A stretch of DNA of 64,000 nucleotides from Eledone cirrhosa. Lineage: Eukaryota. The translations under genes were made by a program, and so were the position numbers. Within the stretch, counting starts at the first letter, position 1. Each line of letters opens with the position of its first letter. Positions 51,480 to 64,000 of the stretch are shown here, piece by piece. The DNA is taken from the NCBI GenBank assembly GCA_964016885.1, contig OZ024747.1, forward strand, positions 80,724,001-80,788,000, given 5' to 3'. Below the pieces are notes generated by a model. That model did not search any database. It had not been told where the DNA came from and saw only the letters and a program-made list of their open reading frames with translations.

Positions 51480-52760
51480 ATTTTTATCCATGAGCATAAT
51501 TTATCCACACATAGGTATTCATTTATCTTCTTCCACTTTCGTTTCTTTTAACCAAACATATGGTTGATTTCAGAATATTTCTCCTTCAACTCTCCAAATT
51601 GAAGTCTTAACTCGAAGACATTACTTACTCATTTATTTATAGTGTGCGGTTCAGTGTAATACAGAGATTTGTACCTTCCGGTAATTTTCGGGTAAAATCA
51701 GCGTTACGTATATCCTTTTCAATTGGAGATACAGTCCATGCGATTGTCTTTAAACAGCTATGGTCTATTTAGTTTCTCTCAAAAGTCATAAGTCGACAGG
51801 AGGCTATAATAGAAGTTATAATAGAAGTTATATTAGCAATTATATCTTGTCCATCAACTGCTGTATCGCACTATTCCTTATGTGCCATGCTACATAGTAC
51901 TTTTTCACTCTGTATATATCTACAACTAGTTAAGCCTTATATTTTATCGTTAAGCCGCACATGCCTCTTACTTATATCACATTATTTGGCGATTGCCTTT
52001 CGTGATTTTCTATTTTAAATAACCTTATCTTCAATTATTCCATTTATCTATTTCCCCCATGCGCCACAAGATATATAGCTTATGTGTTAATGTATAAACA
52101 CACGATTATATGATTTAGCTGATATCCAAATACTAATTATAACATCATAATGTATTCTTCCTATTGGCTTTCTTTATTTTAGCTATGTATTTTCTTCTCA
52201 AGTAATTATATCCAATCTTTATCTATTTTACGAATTCTTTATGCATTTATTGTATCTATTTTCAAATATATCTTCTCGTTTCATTATTACATCCGCACCC
52301 TTTCCAATCCTAAATCCCTTCTAAAATGCTTACTAAGCCAATGATGTGTTTGTATTTTTATGTTTGTTTTTATGTTTACGTTTTGTTGAGGTTTTTTTTT
52401 CCTGAAAAGTGTCAGGTCATCCATAAAGAGTTGATTTTCTTGTTAGTGTCTACCCTGAATAATATACGCGTTTTTAATGATTACTAATGGCAATGTTAAA
52501 TGTTACATGCATAACCCAACGAACAAATGGGAGAAGCTTTCACCTTGAACGGAACATCTATATATTTTAATACTGCCTACCTCTTCAGCTTTAGTGGTTG
52601 ATTTTATTTCCCATTTAGTCTTAACAATCAGTTTTCTTTTATAACCACACTGATCCCCCAAACCTATTATCCATTTTATAATGGATCTATACGTTGTTTC
52701 CTGCAATTCTGGAGCATTAAATTACTGATCTAAATTGATTTACTCTTTCTACATCTTATG
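51480..52760 (-). pseudogene. Fossil non-LTR RT, R4/Dong-like
   Basis: IKIYRCSVQGESFSHL (cf. GIFQGDSLSPL) followed by FMDDLTL near 52410-52428; heavily decayed. Confidence 0.55.
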
Positions 52761-53365
52761 TGCTTTACTGATAATCTGAGTAATCACACACACATAAACA
52801 TGCTCACAAACACACATGTATATATATATATGATGAGGATGTTGACCCGTGGGAGAAGATCTTTCGTCAGATTCGACGATGATTCAGTTATTTGTTTAAT
52901 AGAACTACTTACTCTGTATATTAGAGTGTTATTCTGAGGCTAAATCAGCGTGGACCACTGAATTATGGATACAATCTATTCAATGGACCTCCAAACAGTT
53001 TTTCTGTTACCCAATCTCACTTATATCGTATAAGTTTACATGTGATTATGTTACAGGATATTTATAAAAGGTTTCACGTTTTGATATTTAGCCATCATTG
53101 TTTATATCTAGAAATAGAAGCGTTTATCATTTCTTATGATAGTAAAGGGGGCTTTAGGAAATATGGGTGTTATTTCCGACACGTCTGGCGCTCAAAAAAT
53201 GTCTTCTTACTTATTTTGTACTTAATGAATATAAGAGGAAGTCAATTTTTTAACCAATATATTTTCAGTAAGCTCTCCTACGTGGGTAATTGACACCAGT
53301 TCATCTTTATGTTTAGCTTACACTAAGTTTAGACTAAATGTTTTCACCGGATTTTCCACTATTAT

Positions 53366-53555
53366 TGGTGAATTGGCAGTATCGGTGGAGGGTCGGACGC
53401 CATGCTTTCCAGCATAGTTACGTCCATTTACGGTCTGAGTTTAAATCCCGTCGAGGTTAACATTGCTTTTCATCCTTACGGGGTCGATAAAATAAAGTAC
53501 CAGTAATGTACTGGGATAATTGCTGGCCTTGTGCCAAAAGTAGAAACAATTATTA
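53366..53555 (+). mobile_element. tRNA-derived SINE, main family
   Basis: Full-length match. Confidence 0.88.
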
Positions 53556-55197
53556 ATCGTAGATTATAACCGTTTCTCATATTTCCCCTTAATTTCGGCA
53601 ACCATTTTCATTAAACGCGTTTTTTCTGCACCTCAACTCTTTAAAAGATCTTTAGTTCTGGGTGAAGTAAAGTCTGAAGATGGGGGGTCTGGTATCTATA
53701 ATGCTGCTAGACATTCTTCGATCTGGGCAAAGCTGTAAGAAACTCGAAAACACCGCTGACTTTTTATAGAGCTCAGGTAAGTTGAATAAGCGATGATGGT
53801 CTAAGAACCTTCGATGATGACAATGTGTGTAGGTTCATCTGTATATATGTTGTTAAATTACGTACAATAGTTTGAACCGCAAAAAAAAAAAGAAAGAAAA
53901 GAAGACATACTTCGGTCTCCGCCCTGATTCACGTATCTCAGTTAGTATTGAATGTTTTATTTTCGCCGATATATGTACGCCATATCGCGTATTTTCTTGC
54001 CTTAGTTTTGAAATATTGTGTAGCCTAATTCGTGGCGTAGATTTTGTATTGTTTTATTTTTTATTCATTTTCTCATTGTTCCTTCTACTTCTACATAACC
54101 GTCAGATATTTCACTGTCACTACTGTATATCATTCATATATATATGTGTGTTTGTGTGTGTGTGATGCTGATAGAAAGCAGTTTTTATGGTATTTTCGTG
54201 TCTTCTAGTTATCTTTTAAATAACTTTTCCATCATTTTTTAATATTGATAGACATTATATCAGATATTTTATATCAATCTGTCTGTATCCTTGATAAATA
54301 TAATCTTTCTGTATCGTATTTTGTGTAGTGAAGTTTGATACAGTCATTGTATTTCTTATTTTCCTGCATATTCATGATAATTTACTTAGTACCCAGTTGA
54401 GAATATTGTTACGAAGCTAGAGCATTGAAGCTTATTACTTTTCTTTTGTGTTTAGCTATGTGTTAAGTATTATTCTAATGTGTCTATAATATTCCTTTCT
54501 AATATTTTCTTTCGTTTGTGAGTGCTGTACTCTGTCTAGTTCATTAAATCTAAAGTATTTCTAAGCTTACATTGGATCAAACCTATTTATCTCTGTGTCT
54601 TTATCTAACAGAACTATCGTGTTTTCATTAATTTTTCTCTGTTCAGGTTTGCTTTGGCGAATTTTTTTGGAAATTGAATTTCATATCAATTCCTCTAGTG
54701 AATTTATGTACTGTATATTGTAGCATTTACAATTGTTTATCACCTATAGCCTACACCTTGAGGTCGCCTACACGAATAGATGATTGCACCAACTAATATT
54801 TGTTTCCGAGTTCAAAATTCCTCAACGTGCAGGTTAAATGTGTTAACACCAAGCACAAAAGGAATGGGAGAGTGACCACTTGGAATATTTCCTTTGTAAT
54901 AGAATTGGAAATTAGTTTAAATTTCTTCTTTTTTCTTTTCTTTGTAAAATTATTTGCCATTTATCCATAACCTACGTGATGTATTTAATTGATATTGTTG
55001 CTACCGGACTCATAGCTAATGTTTCTAAAATTCATGTTGGAAGAAGTCAAATGACCTCTCGTAGTCAATGTATTACATGCTCAGATGTTTCTTTCTCTTT
55101 CTATAATCCTCGGTTATGACTTTGTAGATCAGTAGCTGATTTTCGCAACCGTTCATATACGGTAATCTTGACGATAAAATATTGCTTACTTTACAAC

Positions 55198-55421
55198 TAA
55201 TCGTTTCTAATTTAGACACAAGGCCAAAAGATTGAAGGAGAATTGTGTCGATTAAATCAATCAAATCGATCTTGATACTTAAATGCTACTTTATTTTGCC
55301 GACCTCAGAAGGGTAAAAAACAATGTTAACTTCAGTAAGATGTTACCGCAGAGCAGAAAGACCCAGAATAAATACCGCAAAGTAATTGGCCGATGTGGTA
55401 ACGATTCTACTAATCTACGCC
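55198..55421 (-). mobile_element. Degenerate SINE
   Basis: TTTCTAATTTAGACACAAGGCCA tail and TACTTTATTTTGCCGACC core. Confidence 0.6.
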
Positions 55422-56360
55422 CCTTCACATTAAAGTATCCTTCGTAGAACCCACTTTTTGCCTAGTTTGTTCGACACGGTATACATAACATCAACATCAC
55501 TAACTTCTACAATGCAATGACAGAGTGCAAGTCCTTTGGGTGTTTCTGCAACCCTCTTTAGATTAAAATGCTGCGAGTTTTGATATCAGAAAAGCAGTTG
55601 ATTTCGCTCCATGTGGATGGTCACTGTTTTCCATATATGACAAAATGGAGCTATCTCACTCAAAGATTAAAACCTTCTCTAAAACAACGAAGATCTAATC
55701 TATTAATTGTACATCCAACAACTACCATTACTAAGGGTTTGTCAATGATAGATTACCGGAATCGTTCCACCTTATGCGGTCAACCAATGTCCTCTGATCT
55801 AATTTGTAAAAGTAAAGTAATTTCCCTTGAGATTAACACATTCAAAATACAAGAATATTTTGTCAATGCCATTCTATAAAAAACATTAGAAACTTTCTGA
55901 TTATATTTTCTGTGTAAAGGTGTCAGTAGAGAGTGCTATTTTTCAGAATCCTTCGATTCAGGTGCACACATCTATCCTAAAATTTCATTGATGTTTCAAC
56001 ATATTCGTTGTAATATTAAAAGCAAAACATCTTCTCTAGTGATACAACTCCCTGTCTATAATTTGGAAATCTTCCAAATGTAGACATTTTTATTAAAGCA
56101 TAAATATATTCTCCATTAGTTAAGTAAATAATACCTCCCTCGGTTTCGAGGGTAAGTGTTCCAATAGTTCGATCATTATATAATGTGAACTTGACAATAT
56201 CATGTCATATTTCTATCCAAACTACAGGACATCTCAATTGTTTCAAAAACACTTCCAAACGAATCAATCTATAAACAGTCACTCGGTCAGCTTGAAACAT
56301 GAATCAATTTTCTTTCAAACTCCATACTACAGTTTTAGAAAAGGGAGGGACTTTTATGTA

Positions 56361-56975
56361 ATGTAGTTCAACATAGATTAAATATGAAAACAGACTGGAT
56401 GGTCGCACCTAGAAAAGGGCCTCTTATCTAATGTAATTCAACATAGATTAAATATGAAAATAGACTGGATGGTCGCACCTCGAAAAGGGCCTCTTATCTA
56501 ATGTAATTCAACATAGATTAAATATGAAAATAGACTGGATGGTCGCACCTCGAAAAGGGCCTCTTATCTAATGTAATTCAACATAGATTAAATATGAAAA
56601 TAGACTGGATGGTCGCACCTCGAAAAGGGCCTCTTATCTAATGTAATTCAACATAGATTAAATATGAAAATAGACTGGATGGTCGCACCTCGAACAGGGC
56701 CTCTTATCTAATGTAATTCAACATAGATTAAATATGAAAATAGACTGGATGGTCGCAACTCGAAAAGGGCCTCTTATCTAATGTAATTCAACATAGATTA
56801 AATATGAAAACAGACTGGATGGTCGCACCTAGAAAAGGGCCTCTTATCTAATGTAGTTCAACATAGATTAAATATGAAAATAGACTGGATGGTCGCACCT
56901 AGAAAAGGGCCTCTTATCTAATGTAGTTCAACATAGATTAAATATGAAAATAGACTGGATGGTCGAACCTAGAAA
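56361..56975. repeat. 70 bp minisatellite, ~8.8 copies
   Basis: Unit ATGTAATTCAACATAGATTAAATATGAAAATAGACTGGATGGTCGCACCTCGAAAAGGGCCTCTTATCTA, starting at 56361+70n. Confidence 0.95.
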
Positions 56976-59900
56976 ATCTTATATATTTAGTCGATGACGA
57001 CAGACCTGGAATGAAACAAGAAGCATAAGCATGGCATCGATATTACTTCAATAAAAAATACACATATCAACAAAGTAGTCCCCACCAAAATAGTCCCCAA
57101 AATGTGACAGAACACGACGTTTCAAATCTCACCGGCAATGTACTTGAAATGATATGAGAGAAAGCTATGCAGGTAAAGATTCAAAAGAACGAATCTTATA
57201 GAAAGATCGTGATTTTCTTAAATTATTGCATCCACCATTCGCTCTCTTTTTTAGTCAACACCAGCCCATGACCGCCAGCGATGGAGGCATTTGGTGAAGT
57301 GTTCACACTGAAGTATCCCAACGACCCCGACAAAGGATTGGGGACCATTGGCGCCATGACATACATACATACATATATACACGATGGCTGCCCTCTCGTT
57401 ATCGAGTATGGCCATTGCACGATATACCATTATTAATAATTATTAATTAATTCTATCGTGCAATGCCTGTGCGTGAAGATATTTTTTAAAGTGAGGAAAG
57501 ACTGTGCACTGAGCCAATCCCACTCTCTGAGCGACAGTAGCTATAACCAGAAAAGAAGAAAACATATACATACATATACATACATACAAACATACAAACA
57601 CTACTAGTTAGGAAATTACAAGTACAATCCATTAATGGAACAGTAAAAATATGTAAAACATTCCAAAAATTCTGCATCTAATAACTGCATATACACGCAC
57701 TCTTTCCCTGCTTATTTCACTAGGTTTTCGTTTTTATCTCCATAGTCTACCATATTACTTTCAGTTTCTTTTTAACATTTACTCGATATATTTCACCTCC
57801 AGTGTGTTTTCTAGTCTTTCACTTTCTATTTGCTTATGTCTCAAGCTACTATTGGCTTCTCTGTTTGTCTTTGTTGTTTCCTGTCTATCTCGGCAGGAAA
57901 AGGAAACATAAGAAATGAAATATAACTAATGTCCACAATCACAGCAAGCCATTGTTTCTTAATATCAGTGAGTCACCATTATCTTATAAACCCATCCACA
58001 TAGAGGCGCATAGTGAAACACAGAACGACATATACATTAAGACATACACACAAATAGATATATATCTACATAATCTACACATGAGAATTTTCATCTTTCT
58101 GAACGCCTACTAACGTGTAATTCAGGAATTCTTTTTAATAATCAGTTCCCCAGTTAAAATTAAAGTTACAGCTATATTCGCCTGTTTGTTTCTGTACGTG
58201 TGTGGTTTCTGTGTCAGTATATTTGTTTGTATTTATATATGCTTATTTATATATTTCTGTGCTTCACACTGTTCGCTAATGATCTTACAAAAGTCAAAAT
58301 CCTCAAAATTGTCTACGGTTTTGTCCTTCTATTTGCTTCTCTACTTTCCTGTGACCGTTAGTTGATACGATCATGTGAAAGCGATATTTGCCAGCAGCAA
58401 ATATCCGCAATGTATTTCCCAGGCGTCAATGATCAAATAGATGGAACATTGAAAACTAGTAGAGAGGTCGGTGGTTCGTAACCTGTCATTTACACAGTGC
58501 TGCGTTTGTGGTCGTGACACATAAGTCACAAGTTGCCCAATCCACTTATGCTTAAATAGGTAACCTAGGTTACAAACAACTTGTTCTCAGTAGCAAAAAC
58601 ACAGTAAAGTTGACAAGATGGTTGTAAATTCGAGTGCGGGTTCATGATATGTTTCGCGAGACAGATCCCTGTGTTTCTTAGTTCAAAACCTATAGTTCTG
58701 CCCAAAAATGTCATCATTATGATGTCGACAAAATAACTTATAGCAAAGTTCATTCCGTTTTCAAAGGCTCTGTCAACAGGAAGGCCAGGATTCAGTTGAA
58801 ACAGTGAGGTGTCGTGATAATTTATTAACAGTTCTATAACCCATTTTGTAACTCTTGTAGTTGTAACTTTTGAGCAGAATCTATAGTTAATGAGAGCTCT
58901 TTGTCATTAACGATTTCGACTACTCTTAGAATCTTCTCATGTTCAGTATTTTTTCATCCCATGCTCACTGTTATGATCAGTGGATGGTGGTGTTTTGACA
59001 AAGGTCGACTGAGCATATATATAAATATCACTACACTGCGTATGACACAATCTATTTTATGTGTTGCAAAATAATTAAGCTCTAATTAACATTTGCATAA
59101 ACCCAAAACGATGTTTACGTCAAGGTTAGGTCGGACTATGCTATATACTCTGTAGTGTAATACATAATTAAAACCAATACTAAATTTCATTCGATTTAAC
59201 TTCGAAAGAACTTTATATTATTACATAATATGCAGACCTTAATAATGAAGGGTAGGTTATCGTAGATAAGAAATGATATGCAGTGAAAGCGGAGCCAATT
59301 TTATAATTCTCATTTGGTTCCTGTATTTAGCCATTTTCCTTCCTTTGCATCAATAATCACCTTCATAAATACATAAACGTAATCACGTAATCTTATTTCC
59401 CTTCTATATAAATCTGAGACATTTTGTGATTGTAAGAGTTCATTATTATTCACCACCAGTTGTGGAGATGGTGCAAGGAATAGGAAGACTAAGCAGAAAT
59501 TTCCTTGCGTTTAATGATCAAGTCAACCTCACCAAACTTTGCCCTTCCTCCAACTCAGCTCGGTAGATGGAAAATATATTTGTAATATAAGAAAATTGGT
59601 TCAATTGATAATCTACTAGCCACGCCTATCGCGAAAAAGACGCTTTCATCATCAAAATAAATTATTGTTGGGTACCTAATAATTTACTTCTTTAAACCTT
59701 ATAATTTGTTCGCAATGTATAAAGTTTTCATCGGGTATATTACTCATAATATATATAATAATGGAGATGATGGTGACGGGAATACATTTTGCATGGTATT
59801 GATGATGTTAGTGATATTACTTTGATGTGATGTTTTGTATCATTTACGCTGTTATCAATAAACATCATTCGTCACAATCATTTATGGCCTGGCAAAATCT

Positions 59901-62424
59901 ATGGTATTGGTATAATGTTCATATTTTATACCCTACCGTACTCCCTATTTAGCTGATTTTATCTGATGTTTCATTTTCCTTCGTTTATTCAGTTGTTCTT
60001 ATGGCCTACTCATAAAATATTAATTCGCCTATTGAGGGATGGCTTTCATATTGCGAAACCCTTGTAAATAGGTTCTCAAAACTTAATGTACGCTTAAGCT
60101 CTCAAAATAGTAAAGTAAACTTACGAAACATATAGCTAGTATTGAGACATACTTTCAAATATTGACTCTACTCCACCAATTACATATCTCAAAGTTCCTA
60201 ATAATATTTAAAAGCAATAAAAGGTTTTAATAGAATTTAGTTTTACCTATTTGTCTATGAAAACGAACGAAATTATGTAGAATGTATAAGTGAGTAAGCT
60301 CCCTTAGATTATTAGTAATTTTATCGTAAAAAAAGTAAAAAATATCGAAACAAAATCGATTTTCAGCGAAATTCAGCGAGAAATAGAAAGGCACAGTGAG
60401 ATAGAGCGAGAAAGAGCGGTTTCAGACAATACTTTAATTATTACCAATATATTGAGGATTTTGTGTAATTGTTGGTCAACAAACAAACAAGCTTCCTTTT
60501 TATATAGTATTATATATGTGTGTGTGTGTACAAAGAGAGAGAGAGAGTGAGAAATATGGGGTGGGGGCTGTTTGCGTCGTGCGTAGAACGGCTGGAGACC
60601 CCTCACAGCGTTATTTTCTCCAGAAATGAAGAAGCATTGAATGCAGCGGCCAGCAACAACCCAAATTAAAAAAAAAGACATGAAAAACGTGCTGATGCAG
60701 GGTATAACATGAAACAGGAAGGAGCTATAAAAGTTTCCCTGATCACTTTCTTTATTTTACACAGAAAGTGGAATTAAATAAGGGTAAACATTTCGCACGC
60801 TCATTGGGTAAACTTAGCTCTTGTTGAGTTGACCTATAATCAAAAAGGTTTCAACCATTATCTACCCATCATTTTTATATCTTCAACTATATTTGTCAAT
60901 CTATGCTTACGATATATACATATCCAAAAGGAGAAATCCGGTCAGCTACTACCAGGCCAAACATTACTTAACTTCGATTATCGGGCGAGAATTATTTTAT
61001 AATTATGAAATGTGGTTGTAATAAAGAATAGTTAATAGATGATACAAGAGAAAAGGTAAAAATGAATAGATACCAATTTAATACAAGATATTATCTTACA
61101 GATTAACTGGAATTGAATCTCAATATTCTCTACCATTTTGGTTAAGTTTCGTCTTTAGGTTTTCCTGTAATATTTGCTGCCTCTTTTCCTTGACATCAAC
61201 TGTAGTTTATGTTTGATTCCTGATTATAACAATTCAATAAATATGTTATCCACAAAATCGATTATTTTGTCGTCACGTCATGTAAGGAGAAAAAAAGTAT
61301 TTTACTGGTCAAACTAAATTTATATCCTTCAGCATTTTAGAACATCTGACCATGTTTCAATATAAATAAATAAAAACGAAAACAAAAGCTTGCTTTGGGT
61401 CTTGTCTTAAATGAATAATATAAAACTTCTTGTATAAATTATATTGCGACATTCCATATATAAAGATTATTTTCTTATAGTTTTCTATGAATACCGTCTG
61501 TATAGCCGGTGAGTGTCAAATTTAGTTTGATATATTCTCCTCGTTGCCATTAATTTTCAAGTCTTGACATCTATTTGGTCAGCAGTCTGTCATTAAGTAG
61601 TTTGTTATCCCCGAACTATATTGAGCTTATCGTGCGACTAAAATTGTTTATATTGAGCATTTTGATGACTATGTTTAACTTAGATGCTATCAAATCTGAT
61701 ATCTGATCGCTCCATATTTTAAACGTTTCTATTCTTAGTTCATTCACCGAGGAACAGTAACATTACGTTGGCATGATAATACTGGAGATTTATCAACCTC
61801 ATAGAAAATATTCATCATTCATTCATGATGTAACATATAAACTACGTACGAAAGATTTACTTGATTATCGTCTGTATTGTACGAAAGAAAAAAAGAACCA
61901 AGTACATTCCTCCACAAATCGCCTGCTAAAGATCTACACACGCACATTGAAGATATTTAGCTGACTGTGCGCAATATATATATATCTATGTAAACAGCAT
62001 ACATCCGATATGATTAGCTAATTCAGCTGCACTTAACATCAAATGCTTACATATATCTAAACGACAGTTATAGGATGAATGCTTCCGATCAAACTCTACC
62101 AACTCTATTTCTTCAAAATACTAATCTAGACGACCTGGCAAATGAAAGCCTATATCATCTAAATATCAATCAGAATTCTATTTTGATTAATATTTACGTG
62201 AGTGTCTAAGACAACATCTAAAGTTGGTGTGTTTCTGTTTGTAAAATATAATCAGCTCGTTAATACGTAATATCAATTTTAGTTGACTTCTACAGACAGT
62301 ATTTTTTATATTTAACATATACAATAAGTATGGCTTTCCAGACAGTATCTACAGCCGATTTCTATTCATAACAACCTACAGATTACACCAATATATTACG
62401 GCTGTATAATCGATATATACTCAC

Positions 62425-64000
62425 CGTATGTGGCAATAGCGTCTATAGTCAATATATACTGACTGTCTGTAGTAATAGCCTCTATAGTCAATATATACTG
62501 ACTGTCTGTAGTAATAGCCTCTATAGTCAATATATACTGACTGTATGTAGTAATAGACTCTATAGTCAATATATACTGACTGTATGTAGTAATAGCCTCT
62601 ATAGTCAATATATACTGACGGTATGTAGTAATAGCCTCTATAGTCAATATATACTGACTGTATGTAGTAATAGCCTCTATAGTCAATATATAATGACTGT
62701 CTGTAGTAATAGCCTCTATAGTCAATATATACTGACTGTATGTAGTAATAGCCTCTATAGTCAACATATACTGACTGTATGTAGTAATAGCCTCTATAGT
62801 CAACATATACTGACTGTATGTAGTAATAGACTCTATAGTCAATATATACTGACTGTATGTAGTAATAGCCTCTATAGTCAACATATACTGACTGTATGTA
62901 GTAATAGCCTCTATAGTCAACATATACTGACTGTATGTAGTAATAGACTCTATAGTCAATATATACTGACGGTATGTAGTAATAGCCTCTATAGTCAATA
63001 TATACTGACTGTATGTAGTAATAGCCTCTTTAGTCAATATATACTGACTGTATGTAGTAATAGCCTCTATAGTCAATATATACTGACGGTATGTAGTAAT
63101 AGCCTCTATAGTCAATATATACTGACTGTATGTAGTAATAGACTCTATAGTCAATATATACTGACTGTATGTAGTAATAGCCTACATAGTCAATATATAC
63201 TGACTGTATGTAGTAATAGCTTCTATAGTCAATATATACTGACTGTATGTGGTAATAGCCTCTATAGTGAATATATACTGACGGTGTGTAGTAATAGCCT
63301 CTATAGTCAACATATACTGACTGTATGTAGTAATAGCTTCTATAGTCAATATATACTGACGGTATGTAGTAATAGCCTCTATAGTCAATATATACTGACT
63401 GTATGTAGTAATAGCCTCTATAGCCAACATATACTGACTGTATGTAGTAATAGCCTCTATAGTCAATATATACTGACTGTAAGTAATAATAGCTTCTATA
63501 GTCAATATATACTGACGGTATATAGTAATATCCTCTATAGTCAATATATACTGACGGTATATAGTAGTAGCCTCTATAGTCAACATATACTGACGGTATA
63601 TAGTAATAGCCTCAATAGTCAATATATACTGACGGTATATAGTAATAGCCTCTATAGTCAATATATACTGACTGTATGTAGTAATAGCCTCTATAGTCAA
63701 CATATACTGACTGTATGTAGTAATAGCCTCTATAGTCAATATATACTGACTGTATGTAGTAATAGCCTCTTTAGTCAATATATACTGACTGTATGTAGTA
63801 ATAGCCTCTATAGTCAATATATACTGACGGTATATAGTAATAGCCTCTATAGTCAATATATACTGACTGTATGTAGTAATAGCTTCTATAGTCAACATAT
63901 ACTGACTGTATGTAGTAATAGCCTCTATAGTCAACATATACTGACTGTATGTAGTAATAGCCTCTATAGTCAATATATACTGACTGTATGTAGTAATAGC
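62425..64000. repeat. 39 bp minisatellite, ~40 copies, runs off the window edge
   Basis: Unit TGTAGTAATAGCCTCTATAGTCAATATATACTGACTGTA. Confidence 0.97.

Noticed and set aside
54200-55180. Further R4-like LINE fossil, with similar traces at 46100-49700
   Set aside because: Only faint motif echoes; boundaries cannot be supported by eye.
56361-56975. CRISPR-like regular repeat
   Set aside because: Units are contiguous with no unique spacers; eukaryotic context with no cas genes. The same applies to the 310 bp and 39 bp arrays.
60520-60750. Host promoter (GA tract, GT-box, TATAAAAG)
   Set aside because: No downstream gene evidence; such motifs are common by chance.
62396-63973. 252 aa and 263 aa ORFs with TIEAITTYSQYIL repeats
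   Set aside because: By-product of a 39 bp (multiple of 3) minisatellite; no AUG start, no unique domain, broken by a point variant.

Overview
AT-rich, microsatellite-dense eukaryotic DNA with no supportable host gene. Its SINE content suggests an invertebrate, probably a cephalopod; this is inference. The window is dominated by a Penelope-like retroelement (PLE; RT + GIY-YIG, Naiad-like motifs) and a set of self-cleaving non-coding satellites. By eye I count 20 complete or near-complete type I hammerhead ribozymes plus several decayed halves. The highlights are a 10 x 310 bp tandem array with one hammerhead per monomer (11386-14480, retrozyme-like, predicted circular RNA) and two diverged ~470 bp hammerhead units carrying an octamer + PSE-like snRNA-type promoter (4702-5374, 27562-28278). 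There is also a 3.4 kb fold-back with a hammerhead in each arm, and repeated head-to-head inverted insertions into (TA)n. Other content: a near-intact CR1/L2-group LINE whose ORF2 appears to need a -1 frameshift at U UUU UUA, about 15 tRNA-derived SINEs, two non-autonomous Helitrons, LINE fossils, and 70 bp and 39 bp minisatellites. All coordinates and folds were read by hand; no searches were run.
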